Below, one piece after another: positions 1-8,782 of a stretch of DNA of 64,000 bases. Both the position numbers and the translations under genes were made by a program. The notes below the pieces were generated by a model, which had not been told where the DNA came from, did no database searches, and saw only the letters and a list, made by a program, of their open reading frames with translations. The first letter of the stretch is position 1. Each line of letters opens with the position of its first letter. Origin of the DNA: Smithellaceae bacterium (lineage in GTDB: Bacteria; Desulfobacterota; Syntrophia; Syntrophales; Smithellaceae); NCBI GenBank assembly GCA_030690945.1, contig JAUYFM010000007.1:59134-123133 (forward strand). Reading direction: 5' to 3'.

Positions 1-100
1 GAAACTGAAGATCTATCGCCTGCTGGGCTTCAGAGAATAACTCATTTCGACTGCATCTGACGGCGGATGGATTATTATCGTGGTATTCAGGGGACAACAC

Positions 101-1462
101 TTAATTTTTCAAATCGTATTTCTTGAGCTTATAGCGCAGCATTCTCTCCGACATGCCCAGAATTTCCGCAGCCCGGGTCTGGTTGTCCGCCGCCTTGGCC
201 ATCGCCTTGCTGATCAGATGTTTTTCGAGATCTTCGAGGGATTCGCGAAGCGATCCGGATAATTTTTTATCGGAGAAATCGGTGAAGGAATCATTTTTAA
301 AGGGCAGGTCGGTTACGGTAATATAGTCGTCCCTGGCGATAACGACGGCCCGTTCCATGATGTTAACCAGTTCCCGCACATTGCCCGGATAGTCGTATTT
401 CAAGAGCAAATCCCGCGCTTCCGCGGTCATGCTCCGGATATTTTTTCCGTTTTCTCTGATAAATTTTTCCATGAAATGATCGATCAGCGCGGGAAGGTCT
501 TCTTTTCTTTCCCTCAGCGGCGGGAGCGACATTGTCACCACTTTCAGCCGGTAAAAAAGATCTTCCCGAAACGCCCCTTCTTTGACCTGGGTATCCAGGT
601 CACGATTGGTCGCGCTGATGATTCGCACGTCCACGGGAATATTGATGTTGCTGCCAAGGCGTGCAATTTCCCGTTCTTGCAGAAAGCGCAATAATTTAAC
701 CTGAATGCCGGGGCTGAGCTCGCCGATTTCATCAAGGAAAAGCGTGCCGCCGTCCGCCTCTTCAAAACGGCCGATGCGGCGCGAGCTTGCGCCAGTGTAT
801 GCGCCCTTTTCATGTCCGAATAATTCACTTTCCAGCAGATTTTCCTGCAGGGCGCCGCAATTCACGACGATGATGGGTTTGTGAACGCGCGGGCTCAATT
901 GATGAATCAGGCGCGCCAGAAGTTCCTTGCCGGTGCCGCTTTCGCCCTGGATTAACACGGAAGCCCGGCTGGCCGCGACCCGGCTGGCCATATTGATCAA
1001 TTCCGTCATTTGTGGGCTCTTGTAAATAATTTTATCGGTAGTGACGCCCTTTTTGCCCAGCTCTTCTTTTAACAGTTCATTTTCCCGGATCAGTTTTCTT
1101 CTACTGATCACCCGGTCAATAATCAACAATACTTCTTCCAACTCGACAGGTTTGGTGATGTAATCGATGGCTCCGGCCTTAATTGCTTCCACAGCCGTTT
1201 CAATCGTACCGAAAGCCGTAATGATAACGACATCGATTTCCGGATTGATGCGTTTTACTTCCTGCAGCACCTGCAGCCCGTCCATGCCGGGCATTTTATA
1301 ATCCAGCAGGAGCAGATCAAAATGGCCGTTCTGGACAAAAGAGACGGCGGTTTCACCGTTTGCCGCCTCAGCCAGTGTGTGCCCTTTAGAGCGCAAAAAA
1401 TCCCGCAACAGCTCTCTTTGGGACTTTTCATCGTCAACAATAAGAATGCTTAATTTTCGCAT
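101..1462 (-). CDS. sigma-54-dependent response regulator (NtrC family: receiver + AAA+ + Fis-type HTH)
   Basis: Receiver motifs ILIVDDE and [13 protein letters not shown]. Walker [15 protein letters not shown]-type loop EKGAYTGA. C-terminal [25 protein letters not shown]. Lies 15 nt downstream of the kinase gene. Confidence 0.9.
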   Translation of the reverse strand: MRKLSILIVDDEKSQRELLRDFLRSKGHTLAEAANGETAVSFVQNGHFDLLLLDYKMPGMDGLQVLQEVKRINPEIDVVIITAFGTIETAVEAIKAGAIDYITKPVELEEVLLIIDRVISRRKLIRENELLKEELGKKGVTTDKIIYKSPQMTELINMASRVAASRASVLIQGESGTGKELLARLIHQLSPRVHKPIIVVNCGALQENLLESELFGHEKGAYTGASSRRIGRFEEADGGTLFLDEIGELSPGIQVKLLRFLQEREIARLGSNINIPVDVRIISATNRDLDTQVKEGAFREDLFYRLKVVTMSLPPLRERKEDLPALIDHFMEKFIRENGKNIRSMTAEARDLLLKYDYPGNVRELVNIMERAVVIARDDYITVTDLPFKNDSFTDFSDKKLSGSLRESLEDLEKHLISKAMAKAADNQTRAAEILGMSERMLRYKLKKYDLKN

Positions 1463-1476
1463 GATTATTTTATCCC

Positions 1477-3267
1477 TTATGATGAAGATTTTTCGCTGAG
1501 TCTTTCCCGGGGCAGGACAACCTCAAATGTTGTTCCTTTCCCTTTATGGCTGATCACGCGGATTTCTCCGCCATGTCCACGGATGATCTCGTTGGCTAAG
1601 GGTATCCCCAGACCCACGCCTTTTTCTTTGGTTGTATATTCGGGGCTGAAAATCTTTTCGATTTCCTCCGCAGTCATGCCGCAGCCGGTATCGGAAATAC
1701 TCGCCATGATATAATTTGCCCCTTCTTTATCCACGGTAATGGTAATTTTTCCTTCCGCAGATATCGATTCCAAAGCGTTTTTAATCAAATTCAAAAAAGC
1801 CTGCTGGAGTTTGTTTACATCCATAGGAATTATAGCCGGCTGCAGCCGCCACTCTGTTTTAATAGTTATGCCGCGGGCGGATGCTTCCTCCTGAATCAAG
1901 TTGACAATCTTCTGCAAAACCTTGTCCACGGGAAAATCGCTGAGTTGCAGGCGGCGGCTTTTGGAAAAAGTAAGGAATTCTTCAATGATTCCGTTGAGCC
2001 GTTTTATTTCATCTCGAATAACGCCCGAAAGCTTCTGAAATTCACCGACTTTACTCTGGTCGGCCGGCACAAAATCCATCTTTAACCGTTGTGTTGCCAT
2101 GCTGATGGCGTTCAGAGGATTGCGGATTTCGTGCGCGACGCCAGCGGCGAGCTGTCCTAAAGAGGACAGACGTTCAGCTTTTTCCAGGCGGCGTTCCATG
2201 TCAATAATGCCGGCCAAATGACGGTTCTGATCGTGATAGAGCAGCCACATGGATAAGAGGGCGATGACGACAACCAGCAGCATGAAAATAAAAATATTCC
2301 TGCGGTTTTCAGCTATGATTTTATCCATCGAACCGCGTTCCAGACCGATGCGGACAAGGCCTGCAACTTTTTTATCCAGTGTAAAGGGAGCGGCCATATC
2401 AAGGATATTATTGCCTTGTACGTCCACTTTTCTGCTGACAATCCTTGTTGTTCCTTTCAGAATTTTCTGATGGTTAAAATCTTTATTGCCTAATCCTTCC
2501 GGTAATTTCCCTATATCGCCGAGCTGCTTTTCCTGATCATTAAAGATTTGCATGTAAACGATACCGTGGCCTTCGCCCATCTTATTGATGGCCCGCCCCA
2601 CGGCAACTTTCATGCTCCAGTATTTCAGCCCCTCCTTATCCAGGTTGATCACGACGGTTCCGCTTCCGTCTTTGCGCCTGAGTGCGACAAAGCCGATACC
2701 CTGTTTTATGCGGATTTTCTCCAGCAATTCGATAGTCGTTGCCTTGCGTCCGTTTGCGCTCAGATCGTTTTCATCCAGCATACTGGTTTTCAGCGGGCTG
2801 CTTTGATAAACTGCGTTACCCTCCCGATTGAGGACGGCCATGTACCAAAAGTTATGATCCGCCGCGAATTTATGGAGATAGACATTGTTAATTAATTTCT
2901 TTTTCCATTGTTCGTCAACTTTTTGTCCCAGTGCGGTAATGGCTTCGATGACCAGCTTCTTGGAATAATCCGCTTCTTCCTGACTGGCTGTTTTGGCCTG
3001 TGTCGGCATTTTTCCCGTCATGGCCACAATGCTCTTGAGATTATCTTCCGTCAGACGCTGTAAAACACTTATGGTGGCGAGCGCCTGATCTTCCATAAAT
3101 CCCACCAGGTTGGTTTCACTACGGCGGATGTCCAGAAAACCCATGATAAGAATCAAGGCGACCAGAATAGCCGAGACAATAGCCACGGCCAATGGTTGAA
3201 GAAAGCTGCCGTTATAGGGATGGGAGGCGCGCCTGATAATGGTTTCTTTTTTTCTGAAAAAAATCAT
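1477..3267 (-). CDS. sensor histidine kinase (two TM segments flanking a large sensor domain, HisKA + HATPase_c)
   Basis: H-box GVAHEIRNPLNAI. N box NLIKNALES. G boxes DTGCGM and GVGLGIPLA. N-terminal TM LAVAIVSAILVALILIMGF and a second TM IFIFMLLVVVIALLSMWLL. Confidence 0.85.
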   Translation of the reverse strand: MIFFRKKETIIRRASHPYNGSFLQPLAVAIVSAILVALILIMGFLDIRRSETNLVGFMEDQALATISVLQRLTEDNLKSIVAMTGKMPTQAKTASQEEADYSKKLVIEAITALGQKVDEQWKKKLINNVYLHKFAADHNFWYMAVLNREGNAVYQSSPLKTSMLDENDLSANGRKATTIELLEKIRIKQGIGFVALRRKDGSGTVVINLDKEGLKYWSMKVAVGRAINKMGEGHGIVYMQIFNDQEKQLGDIGKLPEGLGNKDFNHQKILKGTTRIVSRKVDVQGNNILDMAAPFTLDKKVAGLVRIGLERGSMDKIIAENRRNIFIFMLLVVVIALLSMWLLYHDQNRHLAGIIDMERRLEKAERLSSLGQLAAGVAHEIRNPLNAISMATQRLKMDFVPADQSKVGEFQKLSGVIRDEIKRLNGIIEEFLTFSKSRRLQLSDFPVDKVLQKIVNLIQEEASARGITIKTEWRLQPAIIPMDVNKLQQAFLNLIKNALESISAEGKITITVDKEGANYIMASISDTGCGMTAEEIEKIFSPEYTTKEKGVGLGIPLANEIIRGHGGEIRVISHKGKGTTFEVVLPRERLSEKSSS

Positions 3268-3330
3268 AATATCCCCATTTTACAAGAATCCAGCCGATGT
3301 TTTTACCAAGTATCCTTTATTTTGCCAGTC

Positions 3331-3358
3331 ATCTTAAGCTATTCATAAAAAATGTCAA
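3331..3358 (-). promoter_or_regulatory. candidate sigma-70-type promoter of the kinase/regulator operon
   Basis: On the minus strand: -35 TTGACA (3358-3353), 16-nt spacer, -10 TAAGAT (3336-3331). About 60 nt upstream of the ATG at 3267. Confidence 0.35.
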
Positions 3359-3386
3359 CGATAAATACCGGGTGGCTCGACGTTTT

Positions 3387-3412
3387 TGTCGAAAGATGGG
3401 CAAAGATCGACA
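3387..3412. promoter_or_regulatory. candidate enhancer (UAS) inverted repeat TGTCGA-N14-TCGACA
   Basis: Perfect 6-bp inverted repeat. Additional TCGAC/GTCGA half sites at 3378-3392. AT-rich DNA follows. Lies 155-180 bp upstream of the sigma-54 promoter at 3568. Confidence 0.25.
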
Positions 3413-3567
3413 TTTTTTATATAGCTGTTATTATTCGATTAATTTTATTAATTCAAAATAAGCCCGACATTTATTGCCGAAAGGACACCCCTATAAAACA
3501 AGGGGAGGGAAGGTATTTATCGATTAAAATTTTATTATATCAATGACTTACATTTTTATTGCGATTA

Positions 3568-3583
3568 TGGCACAATGTCTGCT
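3568..3583 (+). promoter_or_regulatory. sigma-54 (-24/-12) promoter
   Basis: TGGCACAATGTCTGCT matches TGGCAC-N5-TTGCW with exact GG-N10-GC spacing (GG 3569-3570, GC 3581-3582). No plus-strand protein gene lies downstream. Confidence 0.5.
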
Positions 3584-3593
3584 TAGTAATAGG

Positions 3594-3729
3594 CCAGAAG
3601 TGAAAGATAGTTAGTGTCGACTAAAAATATTACGGGCATGATTAGCCGACAGCAAAAATAACCCAGGAAGGTATTCAGACCTTCACTCTTCTCTCCTCGG
3701 GAGGCTCTAACCAAGCCTCCCATTTTTTT
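3594..3729 (+). ncRNA. candidate sigma-54-dependent small RNA (~135 nt)
   Basis: Bounded by the sigma-54 promoter and a plus-strand intrinsic terminator. The longest ATG ORF inside is 7 codons. Internal hairpin TTAGT-gtcg-ACTAA. Confidence 0.35.
3699..3729 (+). terminator. rho-independent terminator (plus-strand polarity)
   Basis: Stem GGGAGGC (3699-3705) / GCCTCCC (3715-3721), 9-nt loop, then A followed by T7 (3723-3729). The opposite strand has no U-run after the hairpin. Confidence 0.6.
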
Positions 3730-3730
3730 G

Positions 3731-5080
3731 TCATTTTGTCTCTTTATCATTTTTTCGCCGCCGCCAGGCATGGACTCTTTCCTTGATTGTCTTTTCAAAA
3801 CCGGCGTCTGTCGGGTGATACAATATTTTCCCCTGAAGTTTTTCTGGTAAATATTCCTGGGAAACAAAAGCATCCAAGTAATCGTGCGCATATTTGTAAT
3901 CTTTGCCGTAATCCAGTTCTTTCATTAACTTGGTCGGTGCGTTACGGATATGCAACGGGACAGGCAGATAGCCGGTTTTGTTGATCAGGTCCTTCGTCTG
4001 ACCATAACCGGTGTATAGAGCATTGCTTTTAGGCGCCGTCGCCAGATAGACGGCCGCCTGCGCGATGGCCAACTCGCCTTCCGGCAGGCCGATAAAGTGA
4101 AAGGCCTGTTGGGCGGCCATCGTCAGCAGGAGGGCATGGGGGTCGGCGTTGCCGATATCTTCGGAAGCAAAGCGCAGCATGCGGCGCAAAATATAGAGAG
4201 GGTCTTCTCCGGCAACGAGCATGCGTCCCAGCCAGTAAAGGGTTGCGTCCGGGTCGCTGCCGCGCATGCTTTTATGAAAAGCCGAGATCAGATTGTAATG
4301 CTCCTCGCCGTCCTTGTCGTACAAAAGCGCTTTTTTCAACAGGGCTTCCTGAGCGGATTGCGCCGTGATGACCCTTTCTTCCGCCGGCAGACTCTGGATC
4401 ATCGAGGTGACGGCTTCCAGGTTGTTCAGGGCCGTACGGGCGTCGCCATCGGAAAGACGGACCATAAAACGGATGGCCGCCTCGTCGGCTTTGATCGTGA
4501 ATTTTCCCAGGCCTCGTTGCTCATCGGTCAGGGCGCGCTGCAAAATGGCCATTAAATCTTCTTCCGCAAACTGTTCGAGCGTGAGCACGCGTGTGCGTGA
4601 CAGCAGAGGTGCGATGACCTCAAAAGACGGATTTTCCGTTGTCGCGCCGATCAGCGTGACCAGTCCGCTTTCCACGTGCGGCAGAAAGGCATCCTGCTGG
4701 GCTTTGTTAAAGCGGTGAATTTCGTCAACAAAAAGAATGGTTTTCTTCTTCTTGGATTCCCAGATATCTCTGGCGTCGTCAACCACCTGCCGGATTTCCT
4801 TCACGCCGGAGAGGACTGCGGAAAAACTGACAAAATTAGACTTTGTTTCATTGGCTAAGATGCGTGCCAGGGTTGTTTTGCCTGAGCCGGGCGGACCCCA
4901 GAAAATCATGGAGAAAAGTTTATCCTCCGCGATGGCGCGGCGCAGCAACGTTCCTTCGCCGATCAGATGCGGCTGCCCGATATAGTCGGCGAGCTTCAGC
5001 GGCCTCATTCTTTCGGCCAGCGGTGCCGTGTCCAAGGCGTCGCCCGGTGTGCCCAGACTGAACAAATCCAGATTCTTCAT
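3731..5080 (-). CDS. rarA: replication-associated recombination protein A (AAA+ ATPase RarA/MgsA)
   Basis: PLAERMRP N-terminal motif. Walker A GPPGSGKTT. Walker B LFVDEIHRF. MgsA C-terminal domain. The ATG at 5080 has GAGG 5 nt upstream. An alternative ATG at 5095 overlaps the trpB2 stop (TAATG). Confidence 0.9.
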   Translation of the reverse strand: MKNLDLFSLGTPGDALDTAPLAERMRPLKLADYIGQPHLIGEGTLLRRAIAEDKLFSMIFWGPPGSGKTTLARILANETKSNFVSFSAVLSGVKEIRQVVDDARDIWESKKKKTILFVDEIHRFNKAQQDAFLPHVESGLVTLIGATTENPSFEVIAPLLSRTRVLTLEQFAEEDLMAILQRALTDEQRGLGKFTIKADEAAIRFMVRLSDGDARTALNNLEAVTSMIQSLPAEERVITAQSAQEALLKKALLYDKDGEEHYNLISAFHKSMRGSDPDATLYWLGRMLVAGEDPLYILRRMLRFASEDIGNADPHALLLTMAAQQAFHFIGLPEGELAIAQAAVYLATAPKSNALYTGYGQTKDLINKTGYLPVPLHIRNAPTKLMKELDYGKDYKYAHDYLDAFVSQEYLPEKLQGKILYHPTDAGFEKTIKERVHAWRRRKNDKETK

Positions 5081-5094
5081 TTTTACCTCTAGCA

Positions 5095-6456
5095 TTAAGG
5101 CTTCGGGAAATCCTTGATGGCCAGCAACGCTCTTTGAATTTCTTCATCCGGTAATTCATAGGCTTGCAGCTGGCCGGACAGATAAGCGTCATAAGAGGCC
5201 ATATCCACCAGGCCGTGGCCGCTCCAGTTAAAGAGAATCACTTTTTCCTTGCCTTCTTCTTTGGCGCGCATCGCCTCGTCGACGACGGCCGCCAGGACAT
5301 GGTTGGTCTCCGGCGCGGGAATAAAGCCTTCCGAGCGCGCCCATTTGACACCCGCGTCGAAAGTTTTCATCTGATCGTAGGCTCTGGGTTCAATAAAGTT
5401 TTCCCGGACCAGATGGCTGACGATCGGGGCCATGCCGTGGTAGCGCAGGCCGCCCGCGTGGATTGGCGCGGGGATGTAATCGTGACCCAGTGTGTACATC
5501 GGGAGTAGCGGCGTTGTTTTGGCCAGATCGCCGAAGTCATAGGCGAATGGGCCTTTGGTCATGCTGGGGCAGGACGTCGGTTCCGCGCCGACAATCTTGA
5601 CCTGTTTGCCATGGATTTTATCGCAGACATACGGCGTGGCGATACCGGCAAAATTACTGCCGCCGCCACAGCAGCCCATGACGACATCGGGGTAGAGACC
5701 GAGTTTCTGCATTTGTTTTTGTGCCTCCAGTCCGATAATGGACTGGTAAAGCAATACATGATTCAACACACTGCCCAGAGAGTATTTTGTGTCTTTGCTG
5801 GTGACGGTATCTTCGATGGCTTCGCTGATCGCGATGCCCAGAGAGCCGGGGGAATCGGGATGCTCGGCCAGAACGTTGCGGCCGGCCTGGGTCAGGTTGC
5901 TGGGGCTGGGGATGCATTCCGCGCCCCACGTGTTCATCATCATGCGCCGGTAAGGTTTCTGCTCATAGCTGACCCTGACCATATATACACGACACGCCAG
6001 ACCGAACATCTGCGTGGCCATGGACAGAGCCGAGCCCCACTGGCCGGCGCCGGTTTCCGTGGTGATCCGCTTGGTTCCCGCCACCTTGTTGTAATAGGCC
6101 ATCGGGATGGCAGCGTTGGGTTTATGCGATCCGGCGGGGCTGACGCCTTCATTTTTATAATAAATCTGCACGGGACAGCCGAGCAGCTTTTCAAAATTGC
6201 GCGCGCGGTAAAGGGGTGAGGGACGCCACAGCAGGTATTTTTGCAGCACATCGTCGGGGATGTCGATCCAGCGCTGGGTGGATACTTCCTGCTCGATGAT
6301 GTTCATGGGGAAAATTGCCGTCAGATCATCAGCCGTAACCGGCTGGCCTGTGCCGGGATGCAGCGGCGGCTTCATCGGGGTGGGCAAATCCGCCATAATG
6401 TTGTACCATTGTCTGGGTATTTCGTTATCATCTAAAAATGTTTTGACCTGTTCCAT
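5095..6456 (-). CDS. trpB: TrpB2-type tryptophan synthase beta-like PLP enzyme
   Basis: N-terminus IPRQWYNIMADLP, typical of TrpB2. PLP-lysine motif AGSHKPN. GGGSNFAG glycine loop. 453 aa. Confidence 0.9.
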   Translation of the reverse strand: MEQVKTFLDDNEIPRQWYNIMADLPTPMKPPLHPGTGQPVTADDLTAIFPMNIIEQEVSTQRWIDIPDDVLQKYLLWRPSPLYRARNFEKLLGCPVQIYYKNEGVSPAGSHKPNAAIPMAYYNKVAGTKRITTETGAGQWGSALSMATQMFGLACRVYMVRVSYEQKPYRRMMMNTWGAECIPSPSNLTQAGRNVLAEHPDSPGSLGIAISEAIEDTVTSKDTKYSLGSVLNHVLLYQSIIGLEAQKQMQKLGLYPDVVMGCCGGGSNFAGIATPYVCDKIHGKQVKIVGAEPTSCPSMTKGPFAYDFGDLAKTTPLLPMYTLGHDYIPAPIHAGGLRYHGMAPIVSHLVRENFIEPRAYDQMKTFDAGVKWARSEGFIPAPETNHVLAAVVDEAMRAKEEGKEKVILFNWSGHGLVDMASYDAYLSGQLQAYELPDEEIQRALLAIKDFPKP

Positions 6457-6532
6457 ATGCTCTCTCCTTCAAAAAAGATTTTATACCTTACGCCATCCTT
6501 CCAACGGTTTTGTTCCTGGGAGCGCCGAGGCT

Positions 6533-6568
6533 AAAAAAAATGCCATGGAGTTTTTCTTCCCATGGCAT
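6533..6568 (-). terminator. intrinsic terminator inside the trpB2 leader (attenuator)
   Basis: Minus strand: ATGCCATGG - gaagaaaaact - CCATGGCAT followed by U7 (6539-6533). It ends 77 nt upstream of the trpB2 ATG. No upstream gene exists on this strand for it to terminate. Confidence 0.6.
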
Positions 6569-6631
6569 TTCTATACGCTTGCGAGTCATGGGAAGGAGCT
6601 TCCCTGCCCATACTCGATCATTAAAAAGATC

Positions 6632-6691
6632 TTATGGGCAGACACTTTTCGTCTGCCACCACCAGTTTTTATTGGAAATATTTGCCAGCAT
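6632..6691 (-). CDS. Trp-rich leader peptide (MLANISNKNWWWQTKSVCP)
   Basis: ATG at 6691. Three consecutive TGG codons at 6664-6656. TAA at 6634-6632. Sits immediately 5' of interlocking hairpins and the terminator. The SD is weak (GAAAG 13 nt upstream). Confidence 0.55.
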   Translation of the reverse strand: MLANISNKNWWWQTKSVCP

Positions 6692-6779
6692 TGACTACAA
6701 TCAACTTTCAAATAATTTAGATTTATGCCTAGCATAGCCGGGAAAGTCTTGTCAAGGCGAAAATGAAAAGTGAAAAACG

Positions 6780-7457
6780 ATGAAAGAATTTGATCCTTTC
6801 GGCTGGTTGGAAAGATATTTTTCAGCCAAGACGCTGCACGTAGTGATCCGCTGCGGGATTATGGTTATTTTGCTGGCGTTTTTGATTTCCCGGATAACAT
6901 CCTATAACCGTTACTGGTTCAAGCCGCTCTGGGCTGCCGAAACCCTCATTTTTGTGGTCTTTCTGATCAGCTACGCCATCCGCAGAGATCCGGTGAGCCG
7001 ATCACGGGGCGTCCGGGAAATCCTGATACCGCTCATCGGCGGCGTACTGCCCTTTACCCTGTTGTTTTCGCCGTCGCACCGTCTGATCACGGGTTCCATA
7101 ACGCATATCACTATCGTTTTTATCTGGATGACGGTTGCGACGTGTTTGACCATTTGGGGATTATGGACGCTCAAGCACTCCTTCAGCATCACCGTCGAGG
7201 CGCGCGAGCTGGTAACCGGCGGGCCTTACCGGTTTATAAGACATCCCGTGTATCTGGGAGAAATGCTCACAACCGCCGCCGTTGCCGTCTTGCGGTTTTC
7301 GCCGGTCAATGTCGCCCTTTTGTTGCTGTTTGTGGCGATTCAATTATACCGATCCAGGATGGAAGAAAATAAACTGGTGCAGGTTTTCCCCGCATACGGC
7401 ACCTTCGCAGCACGGAGTCTCTGGTTCTGGCCGCATCGGCCGGTTAGGGGCCGTTAA
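6780..7457 (+). CDS. isoprenylcysteine carboxyl methyltransferase (ICMT/PEMT) family membrane protein
   Basis: Multi-TM protein with the family motif GPYRFIRHPVYLGEML. Confidence 0.75.
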   Translation: MKEFDPFGWLERYFSAKTLHVVIRCGIMVILLAFLISRITSYNRYWFKPLWAAETLIFVVFLISYAIRRDPVSRSRGVREILIPLIGGVLPFTLLFSPSHRLITGSITHITIVFIWMTVATCLTIWGLWTLKHSFSITVEARELVTGGPYRFIRHPVYLGEMLTTAAVAVLRFSPVNVALLLLFVAIQLYRSRMEENKLVQVFPAYGTFAARSLWFWPHRPVRGR

Positions 7458-7519
7458 GAAATAACCACCCATGCGGGTGGCAAGACTGTTAAATTTCTAT
7501 CCATTTCGTTACGGCCCCT
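7446..7519. repeat. nested palindromic element overlapping the ICMT stop codon
   Basis: Outer 9-bp inverted repeat AGGGGCCGT (7446-7454) / ACGGCCCCT (7511-7519). Inner hairpin CCACCC-atgc-GGGTGG (7465-7480). It contains the 22-mer ccacccatgcgggtggcaagac, which recurs reverse-complemented at 60251-60272. Confidence 0.6.
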
Positions 7520-7710
7520 TATGCCGGTTATGATATTAAAATGCTACAGTTATTATTGAACAACGGCTTAGATAAAATAAATGCTTTCCCGACTGCTTGA
7601 CATTTCAATGGGTATCCGGTAGCCATCAGAAAGTTTTATTCACGCACGCAACAATAGCTTTCTGTTTTTGTTTCCAGCCTGTACCGGTTATAACCACCAA
7701 GGAGCATCCG

Positions 7711-8724
7711 ATGACAGATCCATCCAAGACGAATACTGAACTGATCCAAGAAAATGCCCTGTTAAAACAGAAAATCCGAGAACTGGAATGGGCTGAATCA
7801 GAGCGCATCCGGATGGAAGAAGCCTACAAAGACAGCGAATTGAAATATCGTTCGCTCATAGAACATTCGAGCGACGTCGTGTTTTGCGTCGATCGAAAAG
7901 GGGAATATAAATTCGTGAACCAGGTACTTGCCTCGACATTCGGCAAGACTCCCGACTATTTTCTGGGCAAAACATTTTGGGACATATACCCGAAGGAGCA
8001 TGCAGACCAACGTCAGGCGGCAAGCATCAAGGTTTTCGAGACCGGCGAGAGCCAGTCGGTGGAAGTTGTCGTGCCGTTGCCGGACAGAACCCTGTATTAT
8101 ATCGCAAAAGCGAATCCAGTGAAGGATGAAACAGGGAAAGTGGTAGTGAACGTCACTCACGCCATTGACATCACCGAGCGCAAGCAAATGGAGGAGGCAC
8201 TGCGGGAGAGTGAAAAAAAATACCGTGAACTCAGTATTATCGATGATCTCACGCAGCTTTACAATTCCAGATATTTTCATCAGCAGCTGAGAATGGAGAT
8301 TGATCGAGTAAACCGCTACGGGCAGCCCTTAACCCTTATGCTTTTGGATCTCGACAATTTCAAGGCATTCAACGATGCGTACGGCCATGTTGAGGGAGAC
8401 CAGGTTTTATTCCGAGTCGGTCAGGTGGTCAAGAGATGGCTGCGCCATACAGACTCCGCATACCGTTATGGCGGAGAAGAATTTACCATCATGCTGCCCA
8501 TGACAACAAGCGCGGACGGCGCCGCCACAGCGGAGAGAATCAGGACAGAATTCAAGAAAGAGATTTTTATCCCGGAGCCGGGTAAACAGGTTCATATGAC
8601 GTTGAGCATCGGCCTTGGGCAATACATGCCGCAGGAGGAGTTGAAAGCCTTCATTCACCGGGTTGACCAGCTCATGTACCAGGGGAAAAAGAGCGGGAAA
8701 GACAGGGTTTGTTCTGAGTCGTAA
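7711..8724 (+). CDS. PAS-domain diguanylate cyclase (GGDEF)
   Basis: ATG at 7711 is preceded by AAGGAG; the ORF-track start at 7597 is a TTGACA hexamer. Coiled-coil plus PAS. Active site RYGGEEF with an I-site RHTD five residues upstream. Confidence 0.85.
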   Translation: MTDPSKTNTELIQENALLKQKIRELEWAESERIRMEEAYKDSELKYRSLIEHSSDVVFCVDRKGEYKFVNQVLASTFGKTPDYFLGKTFWDIYPKEHADQRQAASIKVFETGESQSVEVVVPLPDRTLYYIAKANPVKDETGKVVVNVTHAIDITERKQMEEALRESEKKYRELSIIDDLTQLYNSRYFHQQLRMEIDRVNRYGQPLTLMLLDLDNFKAFNDAYGHVEGDQVLFRVGQVVKRWLRHTDSAYRYGGEEFTIMLPMTTSADGAATAERIRTEFKKEIFIPEPGKQVHMTLSIGLGQYMPQEELKAFIHRVDQLMYQGKKSGKDRVCSES

Positions 8725-8782
8725 CCGAAATTCAACGGGTAATCCTCACATCAACTTAGAACTGAAAGTTGCGGACTCATAG

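Noticed and set aside
1-40. A possible 3' end of a plus-strand gene (…KLKIYRLLGFRE, stop at 38-40).
   Set aside because: Only 12 codons are visible. That is too little to support a call or a product.
3352-3891. Small ORFs in the AT-rich kinase/rarA intergenic region (3352-3546 +, 3583-3891 -, 3787-3984 +).
   Set aside because: They have AT-rich, hydrophobic or low-complexity translations and no RBS. They overlap the promoter and terminator signals or the rarA 3' end. The region is better explained as regulatory DNA plus a candidate sRNA.
6750-6755. A perfect minus-strand -35 hexamer TTGACA upstream of the trp leader ORF.
   Set aside because: No acceptable -10 hexamer lies at 16-19 nt spacing (the best is TAGGCA at 18 nt), so I did not call a promoter. 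The leader's real promoter remains unidentified.
7597-7625. Possible promoter upstream of the GGDEF gene: TTGACA-N17-TAGCCA, overlapping a GG-N10-GC match (ATGGGTATCCGGTAGCC, 7608-7624).
   Set aside because: The -10 hexamer is poor. The sigma-54-like match lacks the TTGC core at -12. The two readings are mutually exclusive and neither is convincing without transcription-start data.
7597-7710. N-terminal extensions offered by the ORF track for several genes: 7597 (GGDEF), 16082 (hsp20), 16741 (lon), 26584 (SH3b), 41254 (GcdA-like), 51300 (ABC ATPase) and 57959 (BcrD-like).
   Set aside because: Internal ATG codons with proper Shine-Dalgarno sequences give N-termini that match the family or a signal peptide. 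The extensions run through promoter hexamers or repeat elements.
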